Below, piece after piece: positions 28,342-37,169 of a stretch of DNA of 64,000 bases. The notes under the pieces are model-generated. The model did not search any database, had not been told where the DNA came from, and saw only the letters and a list, made by a program, of their open reading frames with translations. Both the position numbers and the translations under genes were made by a program. Source of the DNA: Candidatus Omnitrophota bacterium. Its GTDB lineage: Bacteria > Omnitrophota > Gorgyraeia > Gygaellales > Profunditerraquicolaceae. Numbering within the stretch: position 1 is the first letter of the stretch; every line of letters starts with the position of its first letter. The stretch is taken from NCBI GenBank assembly GCA_041662125.1, contig JBAZTA010000003.1, forward strand, positions 264,962 to 328,961, written 5' to 3'.

Positions 28342-29280
28342 TCACCCCAGCCCTAACTGACGCATCACCTTCGGATGGTCGATTTCAAACTGATCGGCAT
28401 GAGGACGTAAACACGCATCATCTTTTGTGCGAGTCACTAGTACGACATTACCAGGATTGATTACCTGTTGGGCCTCAACCGCCAGATGCAGCCAGGAACC
28501 GTTCACACTTTTTGAATCATCAAGCACCAGAAGTTTCTTGGTACGCCGGACGTTGTTTAAAATCGTACTCCAATTGACCGGAAGCATGGCATTGACAGAA
28601 AAAAGCGTTGCGTCAAGACCATGTTTTTTTAGGTCATGGTAAAGCAAGAGCCCCTGCGGAAAGGAAAAGTTAAAACAGGCAATCGTCAGGCCACTGCCAT
28701 GGGAATATTGGAATATTTCGGCGTTTTCATCACAGGAAACACCCTCAGTTGTTTCCAAAACCTCCTGGCGGCATAGGCGCTGACTGATACCGATAATACG
28801 AAAACCGGGAGCAATGAGATGTTTACTCAAAATGAATTCCGCGTCAGCTTTATTCGTGATCGCATACCCGGGAATACGGGCAATGGAACAAAAATCAGCA
28901 AAATTATTCAAAGAGGATTGCGGCCCTTCATAGCCGCTATCAACAACGACATTGACTATAGTAAAAGAACTTCGAGCCTTCCTGCCCCTGACCAAGTTAT
29001 AGGTATTCACAAGCTGGTCGATACCCAGGAGCAGGAAATCCTGCTGTTTCATGAAAAATATTGATGAAACCCCGTTCAGCATTAAACCAAACCCCGTCCC
29101 CACAAGGGTATTTTCGCAATTAGGGGTATTCAAAACAAACTGGCCGTCTTGATTTTTGAGGCCTTTGGTCAGGCCTCCGATACAGCTTCCGGCGGCGATA
29201 TTTTGCCCAAACATGACTAATGGCTTAATTTCAGAAACTCGCTGCCGGATCAATCCATTGATGTGCGTAATATAATTCAT
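28342..29280 (-). CDS. Thiamin-diphosphate-dependent E1 component beta-subunit-like protein (transketolase-like Pyr/C-terminal domains)
   Basis: 312 aa. N-terminal region aligns in pattern with pyruvate/acetoin dehydrogenase E1-beta ('...FGQNIAAGSCIGGLTKGL...NTPNCENTLVGTGFGLMLNG'). ATGA-coupled to the E1-alpha-like gene. Confidence 0.65.
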   Translation of the reverse strand: MNYITHINGLIRQRVSEIKPLVMFGQNIAAGSCIGGLTKGLKNQDGQFVLNTPNCENTLVGTGFGLMLNGVSSIFFMKQQDFLLLGIDQLVNTYNLVRGRKARSSFTIVNVVVDSGYEGPQSSLNNFADFCSIARIPGYAITNKADAEFILSKHLIAPGFRIIGISQRLCRQEVLETTEGVSCDENAEIFQYSHGSGLTIACFNFSFPQGLLLYHDLKKHGLDATLFSVNAMLPVNWSTILNNVRRTKKLLVLDDSKSVNGSWLHLAVEAQQVINPGNVVLVTRTKDDACLRPHADQFEIDHPKVMRQLGLG

Positions 29281-30206
29281 CCAAGCTCCTTGCGTACGTC
29301 CGCCAGGACGTTTTTCGCCAGCGTCTTTAGAAAATCATTTTCAAAATGTTTAGTCAAAACATATACGGGATCTCCCTCTGTCTCCTCAATGACCGGCCAA
29401 TCAGATAATTCTACCGTGGGAGCTGCCCCCGCATGATAATTAATATATTTTCCTTCAGGATACTCATCGGTCTTCATACGCCAGTCACCAAGGGTGCGAA
29501 GGGAAACTTCAATGATTACCGGAGTTTTTTCAGCCAGTGCTTTTGCGCGCGCTTTCTCCAGCAGCGGGATATATTCAAAAACGTCATTTCCTTTAATTAA
29601 TTCATATGGTATTTTAAAAGCAGAGGCAAAACGATCGAGCGCTATATCGCATCTGCGCTCATGGATCTCTGTTGCCAAGGACCAATTATTGTTCTCGACA
29701 ATAATCAATGCCGCAGTAGCATATGTCTTCATCATCAGTAAGCTCTCTTGGAAAACCCCTTCTTCAATAGCCCCATCACCGATGACAACGATAGCCACAC
29801 CTTTTGTTTTCTTAACGGTGTTTCCTAAGGCTACACCGGTAGCAACAGCCATTTGGTTCCCCAGGATACTTGAGGTATACAAAACTCTTTTCTCCTCATT
29901 GTAAAGGTTCATGCATCCCAATTGGCCGCCAGCCTCTCCTGAATCAAGGCATAAGTATTCAGCGATCTTTTGTTTTAATGAAGGGCTGAGCGCCAAATTA
30001 TAATGGATATTCCGGTGCGTCAATAATAACCAGTCGTTTTCTTTCATTATAGAAGCCAGCGCTACCGCTATAGCCTCATGCCCTAATGCCAAGTGAACCG
30101 GGATTTTAAATTGTTTTTGTTTATTTCCCTGGTTTACCAGCATCTGGCAGAACCGAAGACGCAAGACTTCCCGAGCATTTTTTTTATTATCTTTTTTAGT
30201 AGGCAT
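29277..30206 (-). CDS. Thiamin-diphosphate-dependent E1 component alpha-subunit-like protein
   Basis: 309 aa. 'GHEAIAVALASI' (GQEA-like). ThDP-binding 'GDGAIEEGVFQESL...ENNNWS'. Confidence 0.7.
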   Translation of the reverse strand: MPTKKDNKKNAREVLRLRFCQMLVNQGNKQKQFKIPVHLALGHEAIAVALASIMKENDWLLLTHRNIHYNLALSPSLKQKIAEYLCLDSGEAGGQLGCMNLYNEEKRVLYTSSILGNQMAVATGVALGNTVKKTKGVAIVVIGDGAIEEGVFQESLLMMKTYATAALIIVENNNWSLATEIHERRCDIALDRFASAFKIPYELIKGNDVFEYIPLLEKARAKALAEKTPVIIEVSLRTLGDWRMKTDEYPEGKYINYHAGAAPTVELSDWPVIEETEGDPVYVLTKHFENDFLKTLAKNVLADVRKELG

Positions 30207-30213
30207 AGGTTTT

Positions 30214-31110
30214 TTATTTTTTATTACGTTTTAACCCTAAAAAATCGCTCACTGATTGAAGGCCAACCGTAAGCCCAATTGAAGGAGAAAACTTAAGCAG
30301 GCGTTTTGCTTTTTCATCGCTGACAATCCGCACGCTTACCTGTTGCGGAGTTTTTTCTACAACACGGGGGTTGCGAGCAAGCAACTTTTTTGCTGTTTCG
30401 ATACAATCACCAAGGCTAACTAGTTCCTGCCCCTGAACATTAATGATCTCAAAGCCCTTCAGGCCGATCGAAGCGATTACCGCAGCCGCAATATCCGTTA
30501 CATGAATAAAACGCCGCCCTGTTTTCAGAGATCCGACTGACACCTCATCTTGAGTCGCAACCGTATTTAAAAGTGATTCGACAGCTGACCAGTTATCTTT
30601 TCGCGGCCCATAGACAATACCAAAACGTAATATCGTAACCGGGCAGAATCCACGCAGATACTTCTGGCGAAGGTTAGCTTCGCTGACTAACTTCGAGAGA
30701 GCGTATTCAGAGCTCAAACGCGCGATATCAATCACATCATCTTCTTTTTTTGCCACACCATCTTCAAAACGGTCATAGACCCATTCAGAAGAAGCAAAAA
30801 TAAATTGTTTAGCTCCTTTTGCCTTTGCCGCATCCATAAGATTAAGCGTGCCCATGACATTAACATCAAAACAGGTATACGCCTTATCCTTACAATCCGC
30901 GTCGCGCGATATTGCTGCTAAATGCACTACAGCATCAACGCCCTCAGGTATGTTTTCCGCGATTTTTCCCGAACGGATATCCGCGACAGAACATCCTGCT
31001 TGAGCTGTATCAACTAAATCTACTCCAACGATCTCAATACCTTGAGCGCGCGCAAGACGTAAAACTTCTTTCCCGATAAAACTTCCACAACCAGTTACAA
31101 AGATTTTCAT
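30214..31110 (-). CDS. NAD-dependent epimerase/dehydratase-family protein
   Basis: 298 aa. 'IFVTGCGSFIGKEVLRLA'. 'YALSKLVSE' YxxxK. Confidence 0.7.
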   Translation of the reverse strand: MKIFVTGCGSFIGKEVLRLARAQGIEIVGVDLVDTAQAGCSVADIRSGKIAENIPEGVDAVVHLAAISRDADCKDKAYTCFDVNVMGTLNLMDAAKAKGAKQFIFASSEWVYDRFEDGVAKKEDDVIDIARLSSEYALSKLVSEANLRQKYLRGFCPVTILRFGIVYGPRKDNWSAVESLLNTVATQDEVSVGSLKTGRRFIHVTDIAAAVIASIGLKGFEIINVQGQELVSLGDCIETAKKLLARNPRVVEKTPQQVSVRIVSDEKAKRLLKFSPSIGLTVGLQSVSDFLGLKRNKK

Positions 31111-31139
31111 TCCAAACTCCCCTTTTCAATAAGACAAGC

Positions 31140-32231
31140 CTACTTTTTAACGCTTTCAAATAATCGATCCCACTGCAAAAGATACTGTTCTTGGCTATAC
31201 TCGGTTTCTGCGATTTTAAGGCCGGCAAGGCCTGCAGCCTTTCTTGCATCCGCGCCAAGGATCAACTTTTCCAATTTTTCATACCAGTCCTGGTTATTCT
31301 TGCAATATAACGGCATCCCGATTTTCTCCATGATGCGCGTGTACGTTGGTATAGCAGAAACAACGCAGGGCATACCCATTCTCCAGAAAAACAATAATTT
31401 GTTTTCCGGTTTACCGCGCATAAGCGGATCAGCGGTGTCCAGAGGAATAACAGCAATATCGCATCCGGTTATCAGGCGGGAAACGTCTTGCTTATTCCAC
31501 TGATAGAGATACACCAAAGAATCATTACCGCTTACCGTATTGGCATGATACTCTGAGCCAAAAATGCGCTGCAGCTGTTTAACCATGGAGACCTTTTTAA
31601 AACGATTCATGTATCGGCCATATTCCAGGTCGGTAATGACATATAAAGACAACGGGTATTTCGCCTTGAGTTGTATCAATACATCTTTTATCCCCGCCAA
31701 TGCTGCCGCATTCTCAGGCCGGCCTTCCCAAACAAGTTTTATCTTTTCCGGTTGCGCGTAATCATTTTTAACGCGGCTTGCGATCTTTTGATGGAATTCC
31801 AAGATAACATGGACATTCCGGCAATATTCCTGAATATCGTGCTTCTGTTCGAGAGTAGAACACATAACCGCGTCGGCGCGCCTGCACATGTCTTTAATGG
31901 CATCAGCGTAATTCAGCCGTAACGACCGGTGTTCTCCGACGCAGAATTTGGCAAAACCCCGCAAAGCTCCTTTGAGGTCAAAGCCGGATACCGCTAAATA
32001 GGAATCTACAAGCATATAAATAAGCTTGGTTTTTCTCCTTGGGAAACGGTTCCAAAAGCTTAAATCGACCTGAGGAGTCAAGACCACAATATCATATTCT
32101 TTATTCGGGTCAGCTATTTCAAATGGAATATTTCGTTTACGCGCGTAATAAACGAAATTCCTCAAGTCAAAAGGATGTAACGATGGGCTTCTGAATGGCA
32201 CATAACCAATGCTAAAACCGGATAAATCCAT
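31140..32231 (-). CDS. Hypothetical protein, possible GT-B-fold glycosyltransferase
   Basis: About 363 aa. C-terminal 'CDIAVIPLDTADPLMRGKPENKLLFFWRMGMPCVVSAIP' resembles the GT1/GT4 donor-binding region. Start uncertain; the ORF-track Met at 32309 would overlap hddA by 50 nt. Confidence 0.35.
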   Translation of the reverse strand: MDLSGFSIGYVPFRSPSLHPFDLRNFVYYARKRNIPFEIADPNKEYDIVVLTPQVDLSFWNRFPRRKTKLIYMLVDSYLAVSGFDLKGALRGFAKFCVGEHRSLRLNYADAIKDMCRRADAVMCSTLEQKHDIQEYCRNVHVILEFHQKIASRVKNDYAQPEKIKLVWEGRPENAAALAGIKDVLIQLKAKYPLSLYVITDLEYGRYMNRFKKVSMVKQLQRIFGSEYHANTVSGNDSLVYLYQWNKQDVSRLITGCDIAVIPLDTADPLMRGKPENKLLFFWRMGMPCVVSAIPTYTRIMEKIGMPLYCKNNQDWYEKLEKLILGADARKAAGLAGLKIAETEYSQEQYLLQWDRLFESVKK

Positions 32232-32259
32232 AGGTATTTTATCGCAGCAAGACTGCGCT

Positions 32260-33252
32260 TTAAACCGCCGATTGATCGTAATAGGTGATCCGCGTTCCTG
32301 CGTTCTCAAATTTAAAAGGAAGGCGATAGAGATTATTCAGGGCATGCGCAACTGCCGGCTGTTTTTTCGGTTCTACAAAAAACAGCAGAAATCCGCCTCC
32401 GCCTGCTCCAAGCAGTTTACCTCCCAGCGCCCCTGCCGATAAAGCACGGTTATAATACCCATCGATTTCCGAAGAAGAAATTTCATCGGTTATACTCTTT
32501 TTTAAAAGCCACCCTTTATGCAATAAACGCCCAAATTCGCGTATATCAGCGCCGCTGGAAAGGATCTCACGCAAAGGAGCGACTAAATCCCTCATTGCAA
32601 CAAGCACATGCCGCTTCTCTTGGGTCTTGGTGTTTTGAACAGATAAAATATCGTGCGCATCGCGCTTTATCGCGGTATAAAACAACATCAGATGATTTTC
32701 AATAGTTTCTTTTATTTCAGGGCGGTAAAAAACCGGGTCGACCGAAACAGTGCCGTCAGTATGAAAGGTAAAGACATTAAGGCTCCCATACGCGGCAGCG
32801 TAATGGTCTTGCTTGCCGATAGTGCGCTTCAAAACATCGATCTCAAGGCGTGAAGCCATTCCGGCTAAGACGCCTTTGGTTACCATTTTCCCTTTTAATG
32901 CAAAAAGCGCATGCAAGAGTCCTACGGCGAAAGAACTCGAAGACCCTAAGCCGGTATTAGCAGGTATATCGGCAAACGTGGAAACTTCAAGCGGAATATC
33001 TAAATCCATCATCTTCAAGGCTTCACGTACGATCGGATGTTCGATATCTTCAATCTTATCCTTAAACTCGACCTTACTCCAATTGATACGGAACTTATAT
33101 TCTGAAATAGCAGTCTGGCGTTTTACCGCCACATAAATATACTTATCAATACCGGTGCTGATGACCTGCCCTTCTTCTTTTAAATAAAACTCCGGCAAAT
33201 CGGTGCCACCGCCGGCAAAACTGATTCGAAAAGGAGTCCTTGATAGTATCAT
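32260..33252 (-). CDS. hddA: D-glycero-alpha-D-manno-heptose 7-phosphate kinase (GHMP kinase, HddA type)
   Basis: 330 aa. N-terminus 'MILSRTPFRISFAGGGTDLPEFY' matches the HddA/fucokinase-type GHMP kinases. ATP-binding 'NTGLGSSSSF'. Confidence 0.75.
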   Translation of the reverse strand: MILSRTPFRISFAGGGTDLPEFYLKEEGQVISTGIDKYIYVAVKRQTAISEYKFRINWSKVEFKDKIEDIEHPIVREALKMMDLDIPLEVSTFADIPANTGLGSSSSFAVGLLHALFALKGKMVTKGVLAGMASRLEIDVLKRTIGKQDHYAAAYGSLNVFTFHTDGTVSVDPVFYRPEIKETIENHLMLFYTAIKRDAHDILSVQNTKTQEKRHVLVAMRDLVAPLREILSSGADIREFGRLLHKGWLLKKSITDEISSSEIDGYYNRALSAGALGGKLLGAGGGGFLLFFVEPKKQPAVAHALNNLYRLPFKFENAGTRITYYDQSAV

Positions 33253-34469
33253 GCGCTCACCAAATTATCAAATGCTTCAGATACATTTTTAAATACATAC
33301 CGCGGCCTTTCATCCGGTTGGAGTTTTTTTAATTCATCGACTGGCCCCGTATAAACACAGGCGCATCCGGCCTGATACGCTGCCTGGCAGTCCCGGGAAT
33401 CATCTCCAATAAAAAAAGTTTTATCTAACCGAAAGAGCCATTTACGGGAGGCCTCAAAGAAAAGCCCTGGTTGGGGCTTACGGCAAAAACATTTCTCTTC
33501 CCAGTGGTGCGGGCAAACAAAAATATCTATAATAGGGATCCCTTGATCTTCAAGAGCCCGCTTCATTCGTTTATGAATATCATCAACTGCTTCCCGCGTT
33601 ACCAACCCTCGGGCTATGCCTGCCTGGTTAGAAATGACAATAAACGAATAACCGGCTAAACTGAGCTTTTTCATTCCTTCGACATTTTCCCGCATGAATG
33701 AAAAAGCATCCCATGAAGACACATATTCACCGCGCAAAGCCTTATTATTTATGACTCCATCACGGTCAATCAGCAGGATTTTCTTTGGGCATAAATACTT
33801 TTGGGCCACCTTCAAACGATCCATGTCTGAGATACTGTAATACGCATCCAAAACGAGCATCCCAGCCACTTCTCCCGCCGATACCAACTTGTTTATTATA
33901 TCAGAAAAACTTACCTTTGAACAAGTATAATATTTGAATATTTTCTTACTGACAACCATATACCCCAGCTCAACCAAATCCAATCCTTGAGCCTGGCGGG
34001 ACGTATCATAAGCTTCTACAATCCCGCATTCTCCCAATCGAATATTGCCGTTTTCTTTAGGCGTAACTATAAAACTAAGCAGCTTTTTGTGCTGATTGTA
34101 AAACGATACGCTTTTTTTTAAGCTAAAGACGAGGAAATTATCACTATACAAAAGTAAAAAATGTTCCTGGAGCATATCCCGGGCTTCAAAAAGCCTTCTG
34201 CCGGTCTCCCATTCTGCCGGCCCATGAGAATAGAGTATCCTCAATCCCAGTTTTTCTCCATCTCCGAAATAATTACGGATCTGCTCTCCCAAATACCCTG
34301 TCATCAAAAGAATTTCGCTAATACCGTTATCTTTAAGCTGCTCCAGAAGATACTGTAAAAAAGGAACGCCGTTAATCATGACCATCGGCTTAGGCATCGT
34401 GTCTGTTATCGGGCGTAACCGTACCCCTAATCCGCCGCAAAATATAGCCGCCTGCTTAGGAGAAACCAT
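33249..34469 (-). CDS. Bifunctional heptose-1-phosphate nucleotidyltransferase (HddC-like) / D,D-heptose 1,7-bisphosphate phosphatase (GmhB-like HAD) fusion
   Basis: 406 aa. N-terminal 'AAIFCGGLGVRLRPITDTMPKPMVMINGVPFLQYL' sugar-1-P nucleotidyltransferase. C-terminal 'ILLIDRDGVINN' HAD motif I. Confidence 0.7.
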   Translation of the reverse strand: MVSPKQAAIFCGGLGVRLRPITDTMPKPMVMINGVPFLQYLLEQLKDNGISEILLMTGYLGEQIRNYFGDGEKLGLRILYSHGPAEWETGRRLFEARDMLQEHFLLLYSDNFLVFSLKKSVSFYNQHKKLLSFIVTPKENGNIRLGECGIVEAYDTSRQAQGLDLVELGYMVVSKKIFKYYTCSKVSFSDIINKLVSAGEVAGMLVLDAYYSISDMDRLKVAQKYLCPKKILLIDRDGVINNKALRGEYVSSWDAFSFMRENVEGMKKLSLAGYSFIVISNQAGIARGLVTREAVDDIHKRMKRALEDQGIPIIDIFVCPHHWEEKCFCRKPQPGLFFEASRKWLFRLDKTFFIGDDSRDCQAAYQAGCACVYTGPVDELKKLQPDERPRYVFKNVSEAFDNLVSA

Positions 34470-35343
34470 GTTTTTTCCTTAATTCCTTGATTGTTTCTTT
34501 AATACCTTTTTCAAGCGGCATCAAAGGTTTCCAACTTGTTTTACCGCGCAAGCGTGAAACATCCGCCCAAAACCCGTCTTTACCATTACCATTTGTTTTC
34601 TCCGGTAATTCACCTTTGTAGCCTGCGGCCTGGGCAACATACTGGCAAACTCGGACAACCGGCGTTTGGACGCCTGAACCTATATTAAAAACACCGTTTA
34701 TGCCTTCAGCCTCAATCAAAGCCTTTATTGCCAGAGCTACATCAGAAACATGAATAAAATCACACACAGTGTTTGGATTCTTAACTACCGGTTCCTTCCC
34801 TTTTGCAAAAGCCGCATAACATAGGGGTATCAATGAAGTTTCTCTTTGTCCGGGGCCATAAACAAAAAACATCCTTCCCCAGATAAAATTAACATTCCGC
34901 TGACGTGATAAACTCTCCCCTACCATTCTTACACTTGTTTTAAAAGAAGCAAAGAGGCTTACTTCCTCAGGAATTTGATCCTCTTTTACAGGGCCGTTGA
35001 GATTTCCATACTCCCAACACGTACCCGCCGAGAAAATCTTTTTACACCCGTTTAAGGTGAGGTATTCAAACAACAAAGCGCTTATAGTAAAGTTTTCCAA
35101 ACAGCGTGCGAAAGAATAGTCAGGCAACCCTTTCCAGGCCAAATGACAACAAGCTTCAGGAGCAAAATCCAAAACAGATTTTCCCCAAGCCGAGATATCG
35201 GCCAAATCCGCCTTAAGAGAGGTGACTTTTCTATTGGGGATAGAGACTTCATTTGTGTCCAGCAAAAGCAGTTCATGGCGTGATAAAAGAGGGACAAGGT
35301 GTTTTCCGATAAATCCCGTTGCTCCCGTGATTAAAATACGCAT
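34456..35343 (-). CDS. NAD-dependent epimerase/dehydratase-family reductase (RmlD/GDP-fucose-synthase-like)
   Basis: 295 aa. 'ILITGATGFIGKHLVPLL'. Paralogous to 41669..42580 ('LAW...GTCxEYG'). Confidence 0.65.
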   Translation of the reverse strand: MRILITGATGFIGKHLVPLLSRHELLLLDTNEVSIPNRKVTSLKADLADISAWGKSVLDFAPEACCHLAWKGLPDYSFARCLENFTISALLFEYLTLNGCKKIFSAGTCWEYGNLNGPVKEDQIPEEVSLFASFKTSVRMVGESLSRQRNVNFIWGRMFFVYGPGQRETSLIPLCYAAFAKGKEPVVKNPNTVCDFIHVSDVALAIKALIEAEGINGVFNIGSGVQTPVVRVCQYVAQAAGYKGELPEKTNGNGKDGFWADVSRLRGKTSWKPLMPLEKGIKETIKELRKKHGFS

Positions 35344-35354
35344 AGATTATTCTC

Positions 35355-35915
35355 TTAAAAAGTATTTTTCGCTTTCGAAACTATCTGTGGGTCAAAATCA
35401 GGATAACTGCGGTCTTTTTCAGAAATAACACGGGGTTCCACAGGCCATGTAAACTTGAACATAGGATCATTATAACGCAATCCTTTATAGGCTTCTGGAA
35501 CATAATATTCAGACATGTAATACAAAATCGAGGTATCGTCTTTAAGCGTTAGATAACCATTCGCGCAGCCTGCAGGAAGGTGCAGGCTCACAGGCTCCTC
35601 TGCATTCAGCTCAACCGATATCCATTTTAGAAAGGTAGCCGAATCTGGCCTTAGGTCGACAATAATATCATAGATAGCGCCGGAAATGCAGAGCATGGTT
35701 TTATGCTCAGAATAGGGTTTAAGCTGATAATGCATGCCCCGCAAGGTATGCGACTTGCTGTTCTGGGAAACATTGGTCTGCAGGATCCTTGCTTCCAATC
35801 CGTTGCTCTCAAATTCTTTCTTGCAGAAATGCCTGAAGAACATACCCCGGCTATCTTTAAACGGCTCTGCTTCGATAAGAAAAACTCCCGGGATTTTTTG
35901 TTTATAAAATTTCAT
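35355..35915 (-). CDS. NDP-4-keto-6-deoxy-sugar 3,5-epimerase (RmlC family cupin)
   Basis: 186 aa. 'GVFLIEAEPFKDSRGMFFRHF' RmlC signature region. Confidence 0.75.
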   Translation of the reverse strand: MKFYKQKIPGVFLIEAEPFKDSRGMFFRHFCKKEFESNGLEARILQTNVSQNSKSHTLRGMHYQLKPYSEHKTMLCISGAIYDIIVDLRPDSATFLKWISVELNAEEPVSLHLPAGCANGYLTLKDDTSILYYMSEYYVPEAYKGLRYNDPMFKFTWPVEPRVISEKDRSYPDFDPQIVSKAKNTF

Positions 35916-35917
35916 AT

Positions 35918-37165
35918 TTAGAGTGAAATAGTGTACGGCTCATGAGGCAACGGTATAATGATCTTACCGTGAAAATGATACTTGTTCTTTAACAGTGCTA
36001 AAATTTCAGATTTAAAGTTCCATGCCAACAAAACAATTGTATCGGGCTTTAAAGCAAAGGCTTCTTGCGGGGAGACGATCAGAATATTTGTCCCTGCCGT
36101 ATAGGTATTATGCTTCAAGGGGTTCTGGTCAGCGATACAAACCAAATATTCATTATTGATCGCGCAATAATTAAGCAGTGTTGAGCTGCGTGCTGAAGCG
36201 CCATATCCAATGATAGTTTTTCCTGTTTTGAATTCTGCATCCAGCAATTTGGTTAATTTCTTACGATGTGCCAAGCAATCGCGCGCAAACGCCTTCCACA
36301 GTGTCAATGTATTTAACCCTATTTCTTTCTCACAGAGGATCTTTTGTTTCAAACCCTTTGAATGGGCTTTTTTCTTGTCGTCATGGGTAAAATAGACCAC
36401 CAAAGAACCGCCGCTGATCGGACTTTTCATGAGGTCATAAACCGCTAAACCATGCTGCCTGAGCAAAAACATAATGCTCTTGAGCGAAAAATAGAACAAA
36501 TGTTCATGATAAATAGAATCATACTGCAGGCCGTTTACAATCTCTTGAGCATAATGAAACTCTATCGCACCAACCCCCTCGCAGCCCAGGCAGCATTTTA
36601 TCCCTGCAATAACTTCATGGATTAAAGCAACATGAGGGATAACATTACGGGCAAAAACAAAATCTGCCGCGCCTTGGGTTGCAACAATCTTATGAGCGAC
36701 CGTTTCATTAAAGAATTCTGCCTGCGTCGGTATGCCCTGCTTTCGAGCAAGAGATGCGATATTCTCGGCAGGATCTATACCTTGAACCTTACAACCCTGT
36801 TCCCGGAATGCTTTTAAGAAGGTACCGTCATTACTGGCAATTTCCACAACAAAAGGTTTGTGTGATTTTAAGTGTTTTTTCGCCGCTTGGAAGAAAATAC
36901 CTGCATACTCCTTTGCAGTGGCAGATGTGCCGGTCACCCAAACATAGTGTTTAAACAAGAGCTCTGGATTAACGGTCTGGGTCAACTGAATAGTAGTACA
37001 ATGAGCGCATCGGCAAAGCGCAAGCGCAAATTTTGGCAGTTCTCTAGAAAGGTTCTTGCGAAGGGTGTTCGCAGGAGGCTGCGCGCCTAAATCAAGAAAT
37101 GTTTTGATCAAACCACTTTTACAGATACGGCAGCGCGTGATCGATTCCGATAACTTTTTTGGCAT
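35918..37165 (-). CDS. NDP-hexose C-methyltransferase (TylC3/NovU-type, zinc-ribbon + class I MTase + C-terminal domain)
   Basis: N-terminal 'CRICKSGLIKTFLDLGAQPPAN' matches the CxxC...LDLG.QP.AN start of the C-methyltransferase family. Start trimmed to 'MPKKLSE' to avoid overlap. Confidence 0.65.
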   Translation of the reverse strand: MPKKLSESITRCRICKSGLIKTFLDLGAQPPANTLRKNLSRELPKFALALCRCAHCTTIQLTQTVNPELLFKHYVWVTGTSATAKEYAGIFFQAAKKHLKSHKPFVVEIASNDGTFLKAFREQGCKVQGIDPAENIASLARKQGIPTQAEFFNETVAHKIVATQGAADFVFARNVIPHVALIHEVIAGIKCCLGCEGVGAIEFHYAQEIVNGLQYDSIYHEHLFYFSLKSIMFLLRQHGLAVYDLMKSPISGGSLVVYFTHDDKKKAHSKGLKQKILCEKEIGLNTLTLWKAFARDCLAHRKKLTKLLDAEFKTGKTIIGYGASARSSTLLNYCAINNEYLVCIADQNPLKHNTYTAGTNILIVSPQEAFALKPDTIVLLAWNFKSEILALLKNKYHFHGKIIIPLPHEPYTISL

Positions 37166-37169
37166 GCTT

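Noticed and set aside
28342-30206. E1 alpha/beta pairs interpreted as a pyruvate or acetoin dehydrogenase complex of central metabolism
   Set aside because: No E2 (lipoyl acyltransferase) or E3 (dihydrolipoamide dehydrogenase) is present anywhere in the 64 kb. Both pairs are ATGA-coupled to sugar SDR enzymes. That context matches the branched-sugar E1-like enzymes instead.
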